A stretch of DNA of 60,304 nt, the filler included, from Nemertoderma westbladi (taxonomy: Eukaryota; Animalia; Xenacoelomorpha), in NCBI GenBank assembly GCA_032718475.1. It is 3 parts of 3 records of this genome, joined end to end, with 100 filler letters (N's around TTAATTAATTAA, not from the genome) between each part and the next. Parts side by side here need not be neighbours in the genome. Positions count along the whole stretch, not along the records: positions 1 to 24,379 come from JAUCBJ010006341.1; 2 more parts are not named here. One strand, 5' to 3'. Shown here piece by piece: positions 1-13,800 of this stretch (within the stretch, counting starts at the first letter, position 1; each line of letters begins with the position of its first letter). Position numbers and translations under genes: made by a program. The notes beneath the pieces were generated by a model. The model was not told where the DNA came from. It made no database searches and saw only the letters and a program-made list of their open reading frames with translations.

Positions 1-76
1 GTTTATAAACAACCGGCAACCACGGTCATGCATTACAACCACTGCCCAAATTTCCCTTCCAGTAACTCGGACTTAC

Positions 77-3000
77 ATCTTGCTCTGCATTTATTTTACC
101 TAGACCTATCAATCTGAATATGGTATCCTAATGATTTTAAACTTTTAATTAAAAGTACTAAATAAAAGTGAGTTTCTAAATACCGGTAAGTTCCACTTAC
201 TTTCTCCATCATTACAGTAGTTGCAGGAAGTCTGACAGTAGTTGTACATGTACCGTGGGTTATTACCACACTCTCCATCAGCAGCCCATCCGGGGCAGTT
301 CACATCCAAGTCTGGTCTCTCGTTACAAACTGAAAGTAATCGATTATTTATCAAATTGGGACTGGAAATTATCTTTCGATTGTTTTAACATAATTTCCTA
401 ACTGTGAAAAATGTTTTGTACCTTGAAGGTCAAGACAAAACTAGCTAGTTGAGTAGCTTACTTAATTAGTAGGAGGCCTTGGTAGCTTACCAGTTCCATC
501 GTCGCATTTGTTACAGGTTGTCTGACACTGTTCGTACATGTAGTCGGGATTAGCGCCACATTCACCATCGGCGGCCCAGCCAGGACAATGGAAGTTATTG
601 TCGGGAGCTTCAACACAAGCTGAAAGAGAAATAGCGATATTACTTAATAGAAGAGTAGACGAAGCAGATCCAACAGCTGTTATGGACTTAAAATACATAA
701 ACCTCCCAAATTCAACAGTTTTAGCATAAAACACTTACGGCAGGGATCAGCTGGGGGTGCGTCGACACCATCTCCGCATTTATCGCAACTGGACTGGCAG
801 TAGTTGTACATGTAGGCTTTGTTAGCCGTACATTGCCCTTCGGCAGCCCACTCGGCGCAGTTATCATCGAGATCATCACGCTCCACGCAGACTGGGAAAT
901 ATATAAGTAAATAAAGTATAAAAGTAATTAATTAATTATTATATTAATAGACGGGGAATAATTTAGAAAAGTTATTAATTAATGTACTAAATAACAGTAA
1001 ACAGATACAGTAACATTACATCAACTATAATAACTAGCTAGTTGAGTAGCTACATAGCTAGTATGTTGCCTTGGTAACTTACCAGTTCCATCGTCACACT
1101 TGTTACAGGATGACTGACAGTAGGAGTACATGAACTGGGCGTTACTTCCACATTGTCCATCAGCAGCCCAACCTTCGCAATCGAAATGGGCATCCGACTC
1201 TTCGACGCAATCTATAACAGATTATTAATTTATTTATACTTTGATGGAATATAATCAATTATTATGATGTGATAACTATTTACATATATAAAGTTTGCAA
1301 CAAGTATAAATGTAAAATTTCGAAAAAAGGTTTCAGAATAAAAACTGCATATGAAAGTGATATGATGTCAAAAAAGTGTATATTTTTTGGAGGGGTTTAC
1401 AGGAATTTAAATTGCCAAATTGAGAGTCAAAATCCTTATTATTTCATATTCAACTTTTAAGATGTCTAGAAACCTTGTGCTGCCAAAACCTCAAATAGTA
1501 AATATAATATTACGTAATAAGGAACTATATACTAACCGGCGTATCCATCATCACATTTGTTGCAGCTCTTCTGGCAGTGGATATACATGTAATCGGGGTT
1601 GTTAAGGCACTCACCAACGGCGGCCCATCCAGCGCAGAGTACGCCGATATCAGCATCCTCTACACAAGCCGGAGGAAGAATCACTCCCGACAAGGCAAGG
1701 GCAGGTAGAACTGAAAAATAAAACCGGTTTTAACACACAATAATTGTGGTTAGCTAATTCCTGAAGACTGTTAAGTGAGGGAACATAACCTGAGGAAATA
1801 AAGTGAACATGCTTCATGCAGTTACTCGTTGCGGGGATTTGGTGTACGCGATTTAAGTATCAAACAGTCTATAAAGTACTGTGTGGTCGGTCCAAATAGG
1901 CAATGCGCAGTGTGAAAATTTTGAAACTTTGATCGAGATTTGATGAGTAAAACTATATGAATTTTTTAGTCTATTACATAACACGCACACAATTTCATTA
2001 AATTTGACAGAGCCGCTGCTGAGATATTAATATCATATCAGACGTTCGCACAGAAAGACACAAAGAAGGACAATGCTGATCTGGCCCTACTAAACAAACA
2101 TATTGTATGCTTATGCTCACAGACTTTGTTACACGCCCATTCAGCGATTATTAAAATCGATCGCGACCTATACTATGATTCGTGCCAGTGGAGTAAATGG
2201 CGTGCCCCTGAGGTCTTTAAAATTCCTGAGTGTTTGGAGCTCATTTCACACCATTATTGTGGACATGTATAGGACAAAGAGAGTCCCTCAAGAACTGAAA
2301 ACAAATAAGTTGGTACCAGCCCCAAAGAAGGTCAACCTAACAACCAGTGGATCTTTTCGCGGAATCTCGCTAATCTCGATTGCTGCAAAGCTATACAACA
2401 GAATTATATTAAATCCCATCAGGGATCCTGTTGAGAGACTGCGAACCAAAATGGGTTCCGTCAAGGTTGTGGAACCTTACTTTGCTGATGACTTAGAGGT
2501 ACTGTCAGAATCACTAGAGGGAGCCCAAAGGCGCCTCTTCTCATTGGTGTAGGTTGCTTCTAGTGTCGGTCTTTTTGTAAATTCCAAGAAGACCAAAATC
2601 ATGACAGTCAACCTAGACAGCCCTCAACAAATGTCTGATCGAAAGGGCATAAGCTCTAGGGACGGTTCGCTTGAGCACGTGGATGACTTCTGCTACAGAA
2701 GTCATCCACCATGGTGAGGTGAACACCTTCGGATACGGTAAGGGGAAGGCATGGGCTGGGTTAAATATAGTCTGTCCAGGATTTGGAAGTCCCATAGAAT
2801 AAAACGGAATCTTAAGGTTGGATTATGTATGGCTGTAGTAGTACCAGTACTCTTATATGGGAGTCCATGCTGGGCTCTGACTGTAGAGGATACCAAATCT
2901 CTGGGAATCCAGAATGCTGCGTCGGGTTCATTGTATCAAGTACAATGAACACATCCCCAATCAGACTCTAAACAACATTGGAGGTGTTCGATTAGTCTTC

Positions 3001-3356
3001 CCTAGCTTAACACTTGAACGGAACCGCCTCCGCTTTGCAGGACATTGCTTTCGCCGTCAGGACCAGCCAGTGCATAATCTTACGCTTTGGCGGCCGCATG
3101 GAGTGGATATGCATGGTGGACAGCCCATGACTTGATCGTGACATAACACGATCTTAAAGGGCACTGGCCTTGAAGATGCGGATGATCTAGCAAATGTCAT
3201 GGGTGCAAGGAAGTTGTGGCGGTGCAATTTTGTCGACAAGCCGGCACAACATGCAGCATTCCGATCGTAGTAGTAGTAGCATCATTTGTTAAAACAGATT
3301 TAGTTTGAGGTTGCGAACAACAACTTACCTATCAAACAGGCCATCCAAGTCCACAT
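77..3356 (-). CDS. Secreted multi-ShKT (ShK toxin-like) domain protein, 5' part; gene runs off the window start
   Basis: GT-AG exons read by hand: 3329-3356 (MWTWMACLI), 1537-1710 (rest of signal peptide plus ShKT1), 1083-1211, 739-891, 491-619 and 201-329 (one ShKT each, all phase 1), and a probable microexon at 77-99. Each domain has C-x8-C-xx-WA-xx-G-x-C-xx-N-xx-(Y/F)M-xxx-C-xx-(S/T)C-xx-C. Confidence 0.88.
2100..3279 (+). mobile_element. Decayed RTE-like LINE fragment in intron 1 of the ShKT gene
   Basis: FRGISLISIAAKLYNRII, then NQNGFRQG joined almost directly to FADD (internal deletion), then RLRFAGHCFR. Multiple stops and frameshifts. Ends in a (TAG)n tail. Confidence 0.85.
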
Positions 3357-4334
3357 CTTGATTTGTTAGTTTTAAATTTGTTTTTTATCTTGAAATATTT
3401 AAATTTTTAAGTAAACTTATTAGATTTAAAATCCGTAAAATTAAAAGTTAATGTGAAGGATATAAAATTCGGCTGTTATATATACATGGAGGGTTGCGTA
3501 TGATAGAACAATGACCTTATGCCAAGCTTGCCTATATGGTCAGCAAGCATAAACCCAACGCCCTAGCAAGGATGACGTCAATAGTTTGTTCTAAATTTGC
3601 ACGTGCAACTTTAATCACAGGCCATTTTGTGGGTAAATTGCTCTGAATGACATAATTTTGAGAAATTTGTACCCAATTATTAGTTGCTTTTTATTGTTGC
3701 ATTACGTTTTTACAATTCGGTTTCTGTAGAAAATTTTGCACAAAAGATATTTGGGAACAATAGAGTGAGCGATTAACCAGATGTTCTTTAATGCGAGTTT
3801 GCATCATAGTGTTAGTAATGCGGAGGGAGGGAGTGTGTAATAATCACAACAACGCGTGTCAATCGTATACAACCCACACAAATATTAGAAACACTGTGAT
3901 TGACAGTCAAGTTCGCATCAAAAAATTTACATTTTATTTACTTTTAGCAGCGAAATATTAAAAATAATTCTAGGAAGAAACGTTTGTAACACTAATAACA
4001 ATTAACAACGGAGTAAAACTATATTCACAAACATCAATTACAAACACTTAATGAAGCTCCAGCTATGATGAAGTGTTCAGCGTGAGAAGCCGAGTTCAAC
4101 CACGTATTCAAATCAAGTACAGATGCGTAAATCCCAACTTCTCCGAACAAAGCTGACCTTTGTCTGTCTTAAGGCCGGTTTACACGTGGGAACTTTCTAA
4201 GTTGCTGTTAAAAAGTTGCCACGTTTACGCTTCGATCAAGCCATGTTGTTCAAAATTAAGTTGCTATTTGCCGAAAAAAACAGGAGAAATACCGGCTCGG
4301 TCTTCGCCCGGGTCAACAAGGACCGCGTCCCTCA

Positions 4335-6500
4335 GTGGTACACCAGGCTGGGGTCGATAAATTGGCTACTGGAACAGAAGACAGAGAAGAAAGAAGAACC
4401 AACCTGTTGAAATGTAAAACGACACTAAAGATTGCTACAATGAACACACGCACGCTGAAAGCACATAGCAAACAGGGTGACATGGTTGCTCTGGCAATGG
4501 AATATAACATCGACATCATCTGCATCCAAGAAGATCGGATTTGTCATGAAGACACTGCCATGAAGTACAACGACATTGGAAATGGATGGACGTTAGTAAC
4601 AAGCTCAGCAGTAAGAAACTCGGCCAATGCATCAATTGGCGGAGTAGGAATTCTGCTAAGCCCATTTGCACTTAAGACCCTAAACAACATCGAATCTATA
4701 AATTCCAGGGTTATGATCGCAACATTTGATGGGAATCCCAAGACAACAGTTATATGTTGCTACAGTCCAACCAATGTCTCAGAGCCAGAACAAGCAGTCA
4801 AGTTTAATGAAGATCTGACTGGACTTATAAAGGACAATCCGAAACACAATGTTAAAGTCATTGCTGGTGACCTGAATGCGAAAATTGGCCCAGAAGACAT
4901 CAAGGGTTACACCTATAACACCAGTTCTAACAGAAATGGGTACTTACTTTTAGACCTAATGAAAGAATGTGAATTGATACCAACAAACAACACATTCGTA
5001 AAGAGTAAGGGGAAGCTATGGACCTTTCAATACCCTAATGGAACCAAAGCCAACTGGATTACATCCTTATAAACAAAAAGTGGAGAAACAGCATGATCAA
5101 CTGCGAGGCATACAGCTCGTTCAACCTAATTGGTTCGGACCACAGAATTGTGACTGCAGAGATCAGACTCAGTTTGAGAGCCAGCAAACCCAGGACAAGC
5201 AAGCAAATCAACTATGACTGGGAGAAACTCAGAACTGACAATGCAGTAAAGGATGCTTACACAGTAGAAGTTCAAAACCGCTTTGAAGCACTTCAGTCAA
5301 TGGATGAAGACCAGTCCACCGATTCAATATACCAGAATATAATAACAGCCCACAAGGAATCAGCTAAGAGGCATATCCCCCAGAAACCCAAACGAAAACA
5401 GTATGTGCCATGGCAAAACTCTGAGGTTACTTGTAAGAGAGAAGATCTTAAGATAGCCTACAAAGTTAAAACCGAACAACCAACAACAGAAAACATTAAC
5501 AAGATTGAGAAAGCTAAGGACGATCTTAAATTGGCCTACAACATCAGCCAGGAAAAGTACATACAGGATAAAATTGAAGCAATTACAACTGCTCACATAC
5601 AGCAACAATCAAGACTTACCTGGCAAACTGTAAATGAGGCATCTGGTCGGAAAAGTTGTGCAAAGGGGCGCCTCAAAGCCGATAGTCCCGAAGAACGTGT
5701 TGGGAAGTGGAAAGATCACTTCAGCAACTTGCTTGGGCAGCCACCAAACATCGAGGTCAGCCCTACCTATAGAAACAGGGGACTTCACACCTGCCGAACT
5801 CCAAAGAAGCATTACAAGCTGCTAAGGAGGTTGGATTGCATATAAATGCTACCAAGACCGAATTCATGACCTTTAATGTTGATGGAAACTTGACAACCAT
5901 TGACAATAATCAACTAAGGAAGGTTGACGACTTCAAGTACCTTGGATCATGGATAGAGAGTAGCAAAAAGGACATAGAAGTTAGGAAAGCAAAGGCTTGG
6001 GTAGCTCTATCAAAAATGGATACCATCTGGAAATCAGATCTCTCCAGGCACCTGAAGACTAAGTTCTTTCGAGCCACAGTGGAAAGTGTATTTTTATACG
6101 GGGGTGAGACCTGGACACTGACTAAATCACTTGAACAACGAATTGATGGTTGCTACACAAGACTACTAAGGGCAGCCCTAAACATCTGCTGGAGACAACA
6201 CATGACAAACGCCGAGCTTTATGGTACAATACCACCTGTATCAACCACCCTCCGTGAACGCAGATTAAGATTCAGTGGGCACTGCTGGCGAAGTAAAGAC
6301 GAGGTCATACCAGATCTACTTTTCTGGCAACCAACTCATGAAAAGCCTAGTCGTGGACGACCGGCCATAACATATATAGATCAACTTGAAAGGGATACTG
6401 AACTTGGGAGAAACGAAATTGCGACAACTATGGAGAATCGGGAAGCCTGGAAGGATCTCATTTCCACTGTCCGAGTTCGTTCGACCTAGTAGTAGTAGTA
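4335..6500 (+). mobile_element. RTE-like LINE with AP endonuclease, RT core deleted, intact 3' end
   Basis: APE motifs (IATMNTRTL, CIQE, YSPTN, GDLNAKIG, SDH) across frameshifted ORFs 4335-5072 and 5093-5845. Near 5820 it jumps to the post-catalytic region (FKYLGS, LYGGETW, RLRFSGHCWR, RGRP). No YADD motif. TAGTAGTAGTA tail at about 6488-6500. Confidence 0.9.
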
Positions 6501-6539
6501 TTATAAGCATGGCAGACTACCTGTCGTGCCCATGGGAGC

Positions 6540-7442
6540 GGTCTTGGGACGTTAGTGCCCGCGAGACATTAGTGCCCGCGGGCACTAATGTCTCAGTACC
6601 TTTAGTGCCCGCGATTACTTAGTCGCATTATCGCGTTCACTAATGTCCCATGGGACGTTAGTACCCGCGGGACATTAGTGCCCGCGTCTAGCGACTTAGT
6701 TAGTATATGTAATAAATACAACAGGCCAGGAAGATATTTCCCGCTTCTTTAGTTCCTGCTAATGCAAAATTCGTTACTTTCTTCAAACTTTTAAGGTAAT
6801 TTCCAGACTTTAGTTCCCGCATCTTGTTATTTAACATTTTAATTTCAACTTGGATCTTTTATGATTAAAAAATATATTAACCTCAGTTAGACATGGTATC
6901 ATTTATATTATTTGGTTTTGCGGTAAAGTTTTCAAGGAATGATGATTAAGCAACAGCGTTTGATTGTTTATAAATAACCTACTTTTGATTGTTTAATTTG
7001 TATGACGTTACTGGAGACAGTGTGTAATAAAAAAAACAAGGTGGAGTACTACAGTATATAATCGTCCGAGGACGCACTAACTCTGATATATTATAATGAA
7101 TTAATGATTTCAGGAAAAATACTCAGTCAACTGTCTGACATTTTGTCGACGAATTAAATGTAAAGTAGTACTTTTAGTTAATTAAATTAGGGAATTAATT
7201 AAATTAGTGTAGCCAATGTTAATGGAGGATGGAGGAGGCCTTATCGATGACTTTGGTTGAATGGGGTATAACTCACTATAAGTAAGAAGAAAAACGGATT
7301 GCCTTATACTAACTTCCAAATGCAGTGCAGGGTGCGGGCACTAATGACTCGCGGGCAATAATAACTCGCGGGCACTAACGTTTCACTTGCAGACATGGTT
7401 CCCGGGCACTAATGACTCGCGGGCACTAACGTCTCACTTGCA
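6540..7442. mobile_element. Non-autonomous TIR element with subterminal repeats
   Basis: Multiple TTAGTGCCCGCG units at 6553-6690 and their reverse complement (GCGGGCACTAA) at 7334-7430. TSD not resolved. Confidence 0.55.
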
Positions 7443-7894
7443 GAAAATTTAAAAAATGTGACGTCATTTATTGATGGCCCCTTATATAAAAGCCTATTTA
7501 ATTGAAATACATTGACTATTCCAGTTTAACAAATTGATTAGCTGTGACCTGTGAGTTTCACTGGCTAAAACTTAAACCTCGAATAATAATATACATTAAT
7601 GTGCAATAATATATGCGTGCGGTATATAAAACAATGCAAAAATGTGTTTTCAATCACATTATTAGAAAAATTATATTTAGTGTTGATATTGAATTACTGA
7701 GAGCTTAACGTTATGTACAGTTGAGTATCAAAAACTTCCCCATGTCATGAAAAAATGATACTTAATGATGTATACAGTATTTACATAACATTCCATTTGA
7801 TGTATATTTTCCTATTGTCAAGAGTCAGTAAAAATAACATTAGGCCCTACATATAAATAAATGTTGGGATGAGAGTTTCAGTATTGTCAAAATT

Positions 7895-10800
7895 TCATTG
7901 GTCGATATTTATAGATTGGCTTAAGTTATGAAGAGTGAGACGTAGACTCTTATTGGCTATATCTAGTGGTGTTTGTTCTTCCTTATTAACTGCCACAACG
8001 GAGGCTCCGGATTGGACCAGCGCTATAGCAACCTCATCTCTGTCCTCCTCGCACGCTAGATGTAGGGGAGTATCCCCACTGGTGTTACTCAACGAATGAT
8101 TGGCTAATCCCGTTGCTAAGAGTAACTTTACTATCTTGAGGTGCCCCTTAGAGGCGACCCTATGGAGGCATGTCGCACCGTAATTATCTGAAACATAAAA
8201 CATTTGATTATCCGCTAAGATTTCTAACACAAAATTTCTAACAAATTACATTTTCAATATTCACAGTATTGAGCAAAATAACCATAAACGACTACTCCGC
8301 CCAGATAGGGGGAAAACTGGAGGCAATACAAATTCATCCCTCTCCAGGGGAAATTGGACGCAAATAACAGATGATTACTGTACTCAGAAAAATAAAACTG
8401 TAACCTGTTCTATTGAGTTTAGTTTATTGTTTTGGTTAAAATAACGTGCCACTGTAACCTGCTCCTTTCCCTAAATTGAGAATTTTGAGGCGGGATATTA
8501 ATTCACCAAGGCGGGTTTTGCGTCGAGTCCCCCCCCCCCCCCCCCCCCCACCCCCTGTCTCACTCCACCACACTCCTTCGGTAGACAAACCTTGTATATT
8601 AATAGAAGCCTTGTGATTTAGAAGATCCACAACAATATCAGTGTGACCTTTACTGGCTGCGTAGTGCAAGGCCACCTGGCCCGTGTTGTTCTGGGAGTCT
8701 GGCAGAGATCCGTGAGCCAATAGGAGGCCGACAATATCTCGGTGCCCGCAAGATGCTGCGATATGCAGCGGAGTCCAGCCGGAATCATCGGGAAGATTAG
8801 CGTCGGAACCCGCTAGAAAACAAAGAAACAGCTACAAGATTCTAAAGTTAAATTTCTTACTCGTCGGCAAGTACTGTCCCAGTAAAACTAATTATCGCCC
8901 CTTTGGTACTCAAACAACTTTGTATTTGTAACAATAATTATTTTTAACTTTACAGTTTTCAGCACGGTCCAAATAGACCTTATTTATTAGTGATAATTAA
9001 TTAATTTTAGAGATAATTAATTGATTTTAGTGATAATTAATTGATTTTAGTGATAATTAATATATTTAGTGGAAACTGAATATTTTAGTGATTTCTATGG
9101 TGGCTCTGAAGGGCCATCGTATGTTTTTATTTTTTTCTTCATAACTTAAAAATAAGTTGCCCTGTAAAATTTTTTTGTTAAAAAAAAATGGTTATTTTTA
9201 GTCAGTCGATAAATCGTCGCATGGCATTTTAAGGCGCTAACTAGAGTTTATATTACAAAAAACAGTTATATATACCACCAGATAGCTGTCATCGATTGGT
9301 ACTACTTGGAATTGTAATAATAAATAATAATAAATTTAATTTTATTACATTTATCATTTTGAATAGGAATTCCAATAACAGAGTTAGCTCCTTTTAAACA
9401 GAACCTTTTAAGGGTTCCAAAAATTTTGAGTTAGTTCATTTCAAACGGAACCGTCAAACCGAATGGAAGGAGTTTGATAAAAACCCGAGTTAGCTCATTT
9501 TTAATGCCAAGCGACGAAATGACGGCCTTAATATAAAAAAAATTGGAATTTATTATTATGCGTTATACTTTATTAAACATCCATCACTCTTCTACAGTAT
9601 TTTTACATAGTTCATCACCACACCACTGACTCCCCTCACGTAAACTCCACGCAGTTGTTCTGTAGAGTTGAGTTGTCCTTGGTCATAATACTAAACACCT
9701 GCACATCAGTCTGCAAACAGTTTGTTGTCGTAATTCCTGAACTCCTATGGTAATATATTGGACGGATCCAAAAAGCGGATGTCCTTATTTCTCACGCGTG
9801 TTTGTTTGTTTGTTTGTCTGTTTGTTTGTACACACAACTTCATGCGCTTAATGTTGATGGAATTGGATGAAATTTTGATGATAGGTTCATTATCGGACCT
9901 AGTTGTGTATGCAAGGGACCTGTTGGTTGCATAGCAACAGTGAAATTAATTCTAGAATGACCGATCATAATCGTAGAATTCACTCAATCAAAATTCTGTC
10001 GACACCCCATAGGGAGCATCTATTGGACAGACTTTCTGCAAAATTTCGCTTTATTTCATTTAGAAATGTATGAGAAGATACATTTCTAACAAACAGTGTT
10101 TTTTTAACATAGACCCTACAATATTATACTAATTATAATATTATCATACTGGCCAGCCAATCCCAGAATATCGTTCCCTAGGCAACATCCTATTGGAGCT
10201 TCAGTGTGGATGTAATAATTGATGTGTGTAATTGAGAGTGCTGTCTGCTCCACATTGACAACTATTGGGTTCTCATTCGTTATTACTTATTACGATGCCC
10301 TGCTTATGCGCGTAATTCATGACAACAAACAATATAATAATATCTGTGTTGTACAGACGGTACTTTGCCCAATGTTTCGTTTTGCGTTTTTCGTTATTAG
10401 GCTTCCCTGCATGCATAGGCGCGTAATTTATTACAACAATAATATTGATAGCAATGGATCCGTCCATATTGCCAGCTCTCGCTGGCAAGCTTGTACTGAT
10501 AAAGGCTATCTGCCTCTATATCTGTATAATGCTACAGGCTGATCACTCAGTGATAGCAGTCACTCCAGTCTGTCAGTCAGTGATAGCTGGATAGATACAG
10601 AGATAGGTCTCAAGTTACAGTATTTCGAATTTTAAGTACGGTACCGTTATGGTGAAAGTGGAAATAGAATATTGCCAAGCCTGAGGTTACAAACCTCGGT
10701 TTGAGGAACTACGTCGCCGTTTATTGGCTGACGAACCACAAACCGAGGTGCAAGGGAGGACCGGCAGAACATCCTCATTCGAAGTAACTATCGACGGATG

Positions 10801-13800
10801 TTTGATCTACTCAAAGTTGGAAACAGGCAGATTCCCGAACATGGACCACGTGGTGGCGGCTGTTAAACACGTGGATGAGGGAAACCCACCGAGCCAGTGC
10901 GTGGGGCAGATCGGGACTAAGTGGTTTTAGTCAATATTCCCGTGTATTCGTACCTGTACTGTAGCCTATCGCCTTAGGCAACTGCTGCAACCTGCAACGC
11001 AACTGTGCAACATTATACTTTTCCAAGACAATAAGACTCCGAGGGACTGCGACTAGGAATTTCTGCAATGTTTTTCTATTTGTTTGTTACCACCGATGAC
11101 TGAATAACTCTGTCACCGGTCCAGCGCTGTTCCGGATCCGGACAATATAAGCCTAATCCAGTAGGCCTATTCGCGTTATCCAGTTATTGGTTATCGCCTT
11201 TCCATTCCGCGCGTATAAAATACAATCTGCAAACAGACCACCGGACAGCCGGAACTTGTTTAGTTGAAACTCAGGTTGTCACGGCCGAAATCTTTAATAT
11301 ATTTCGTAATACCAACCGATACCGGTAGGGGGGTATTGTATTACATGTAGGCCTATTTCATTCAACTAATGAAGCAGGGACTACTAATTCATTCTGATTT
11401 GGTCTGTACTGTAGGTACCGGTACATTATTATTCGAAGAGCACATAAACAACATTAATTAATAATTTGTGGTGACAATTAGCTAAATGAATGATAAATTA
11501 CAGGAGAGCGATAATCTAAACAATAAACAAATAGACAGACATTAATAAATGACTGTTAAAAAAAAGCTAATTGCTATTTGAGGTATAGCGTTTAATTATT
11601 TAGTAGAATACATATTTAAATTCATCAGGTAGTAAAACTTTATATTACCACAGTTCTAGATTATAAGCCTTCAATTACATTCTGTGCGCAGCGCTTTAGG
11701 GTGCAGTAAAATAGAAATAACATTTAATTAATGACAATTCTGGGAAATATTATTATTGTACTGTGAGGGTATATTTTTCTATTTTTGATGTAAACGTTCG
11801 TTGTTTGAAAATAAACAAAGTGGTAAATGCTAACTGCGCTATTCTCATATATCCTATAAAGTATGACGGTGAAAGTAGAAACAACAAAACAAGTTGGGAC
11901 TTTAACCCGATGGTTAATATTTGGATATTAGAGGTTTTCATTTTGGCCGTGGATTCATTACGTTGGTTATTTATTGTAATATTTAATGTATTTAATTTAT
12001 TACGGTGTTATATATCGTTAAATGTACATTTGATAAACGTATAAAGTTAAAAATATAATTTTACAATGAAAATAGAACGACCGCAACGCGCAACAACGTC
12101 ATTGTGTGTGGGGGTTTTCAGCTAAGTGGGATAGGAAGATACAAATAGCTAATCAACCTGGTTTATATGACGCCGATAGCAAGACCTCCATAGTTCACGA
12201 TAACCCACCGGCCGCCAATCATCATCAAGTGCCAATGTCCTTCAGATTATAAGTTTGAATTAAGAATAAGTATACTGTATATAAGTAATAAGTATATCCC
12301 CCCCACTCCCCATTCAGGTTTATAACTTTACAAATAAATAAATTATCTTTTATGACTTTTTTTCTTAAATATTTTATACCTAACAGAACTAACTACAGTA
12401 TATCACATCTATTATACACGTCCGTGGGGCGTCGCACAGCACGCGAACTTTGGCAAAAAATCAATTGATCTGGAGTCAAGAGTTCGAGAGGTATTTGCCC
12501 GTAACTTTCAAAAATATTGGAACCTTTTCTCTAGTATGCCCATACAAAATTTCGTTGAAAATGGTTAAAATCTTCAAAAAGTTATTTACGAATGAATTTT
12601 TCATTACAGACGGACAGACAGACAGACAAACGGACATGAAATTTGGCCCTATTTAATAATTATAATTGTGCTCGCCCTGACTCAGCGGCTCGCCCCAGTA
12701 GTACGATAGAGTGCACTTTGCATGATTGAATGGCGAGCGAGGCGAAGCGAGCAGATCAAGTTTTTCCACATTTTCGCTTATGAAACCAAAATCCATGACT
12801 TTTCAGTGCTTTTTACAAGAATTCCCTGACATTTATGTATCCTGGGTGAGTGTGCCTGGGGGAACGTCCCCCCTCGCTACGCCTCTGCTTGGGTAGGGAA
12901 CCGCAATATACAGTATGAATATAGGCCCAAATGCTACGCCGACCTCAGATAACCACAGCCGACAATGACAAATATGACACTGTATCATCATCATGTCCTC
13001 TTGTCTCTCGTTTTGGTTAGAATATAGTTTCGGTCATTATTTTATTTTACTTAAAGGATTTAACAATAACTAAGTACAGTATCCATAACTGACCGTAACA
13101 CTAAATATTATCACTAAAATATTGTTAGGCCCGGTACTAGTTGAATTGTGTTGGTTGTCGGTTTGATTGTGTCGCGATAAGTTCCATGGGGTGGTAAGAC
13201 CTGTCGGCTGTCACTCCAGGTTCCACCACGATATGCCACTAGGGGTGATAGGTAAAGGTTTGTAAAGGAGCCGTATATTAATAGAGGCAGCGTTCGGGGA
13301 ACCAAACCAACAAACGAAAATTAACGTGCAGGTTATAATAAAGAGTTATTACAATCAGAAAAAGAGTTACTTTCAGAGTGTAGTTTAAAGGATAGGCCGC
13401 TGCTACATCGTTAGATCCTGTAATTTTCAGTGAAACAAGCAGGTTACAATGACACATGTTATTCTAACGAAACAATAAACTAAACTCAAAAGCACATGCT
13501 ACAGCTAAATAAAAATTCAATTGCAACAAGATATAATACAATTCCTAATGACGCAGGACCTACATAAATGACGCGATACCAATTAAAGCTGCAGTGGGAC
13601 CTTACTGCGAAAGGAAGGGTATTTTTAGTGTAAAGAAAGATAATACAATTATTGGAAAATGAAGAAATTTAGTGGAAAGTGATCATGTGATGGATACAAA
13701 ATTATAAATACAGTAAGGTTCAAATATAATTTATTTTAGTGGAAGTCAAAAATATAAATAGTGGAGAATAATTAATTTTAGTGATACCGTAGTGTTAATA

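Noticed and set aside
8436-8590. Gly-rich extension of the ankyrin ORF in the ORF track
   Set aside because: Read-through into intron 2 of PSMD10, which contains a poly-C repeat element.
11085-11760. Other ATGA-containing SECIS candidates (about 11096, 11369, 11549, 11732)
   Set aside because: They lack a properly spaced NGAN partner and helix II; 11849-11928 fits much better.
11800-11850. [13 protein letters not shown] just before the SECIS, resembling the MIEN1 CAAX tail
   Set aside because: No stop follows CAIL and I found no convincing in-frame splice from the selenoprotein ORF. RNA-seq could revive the idea.
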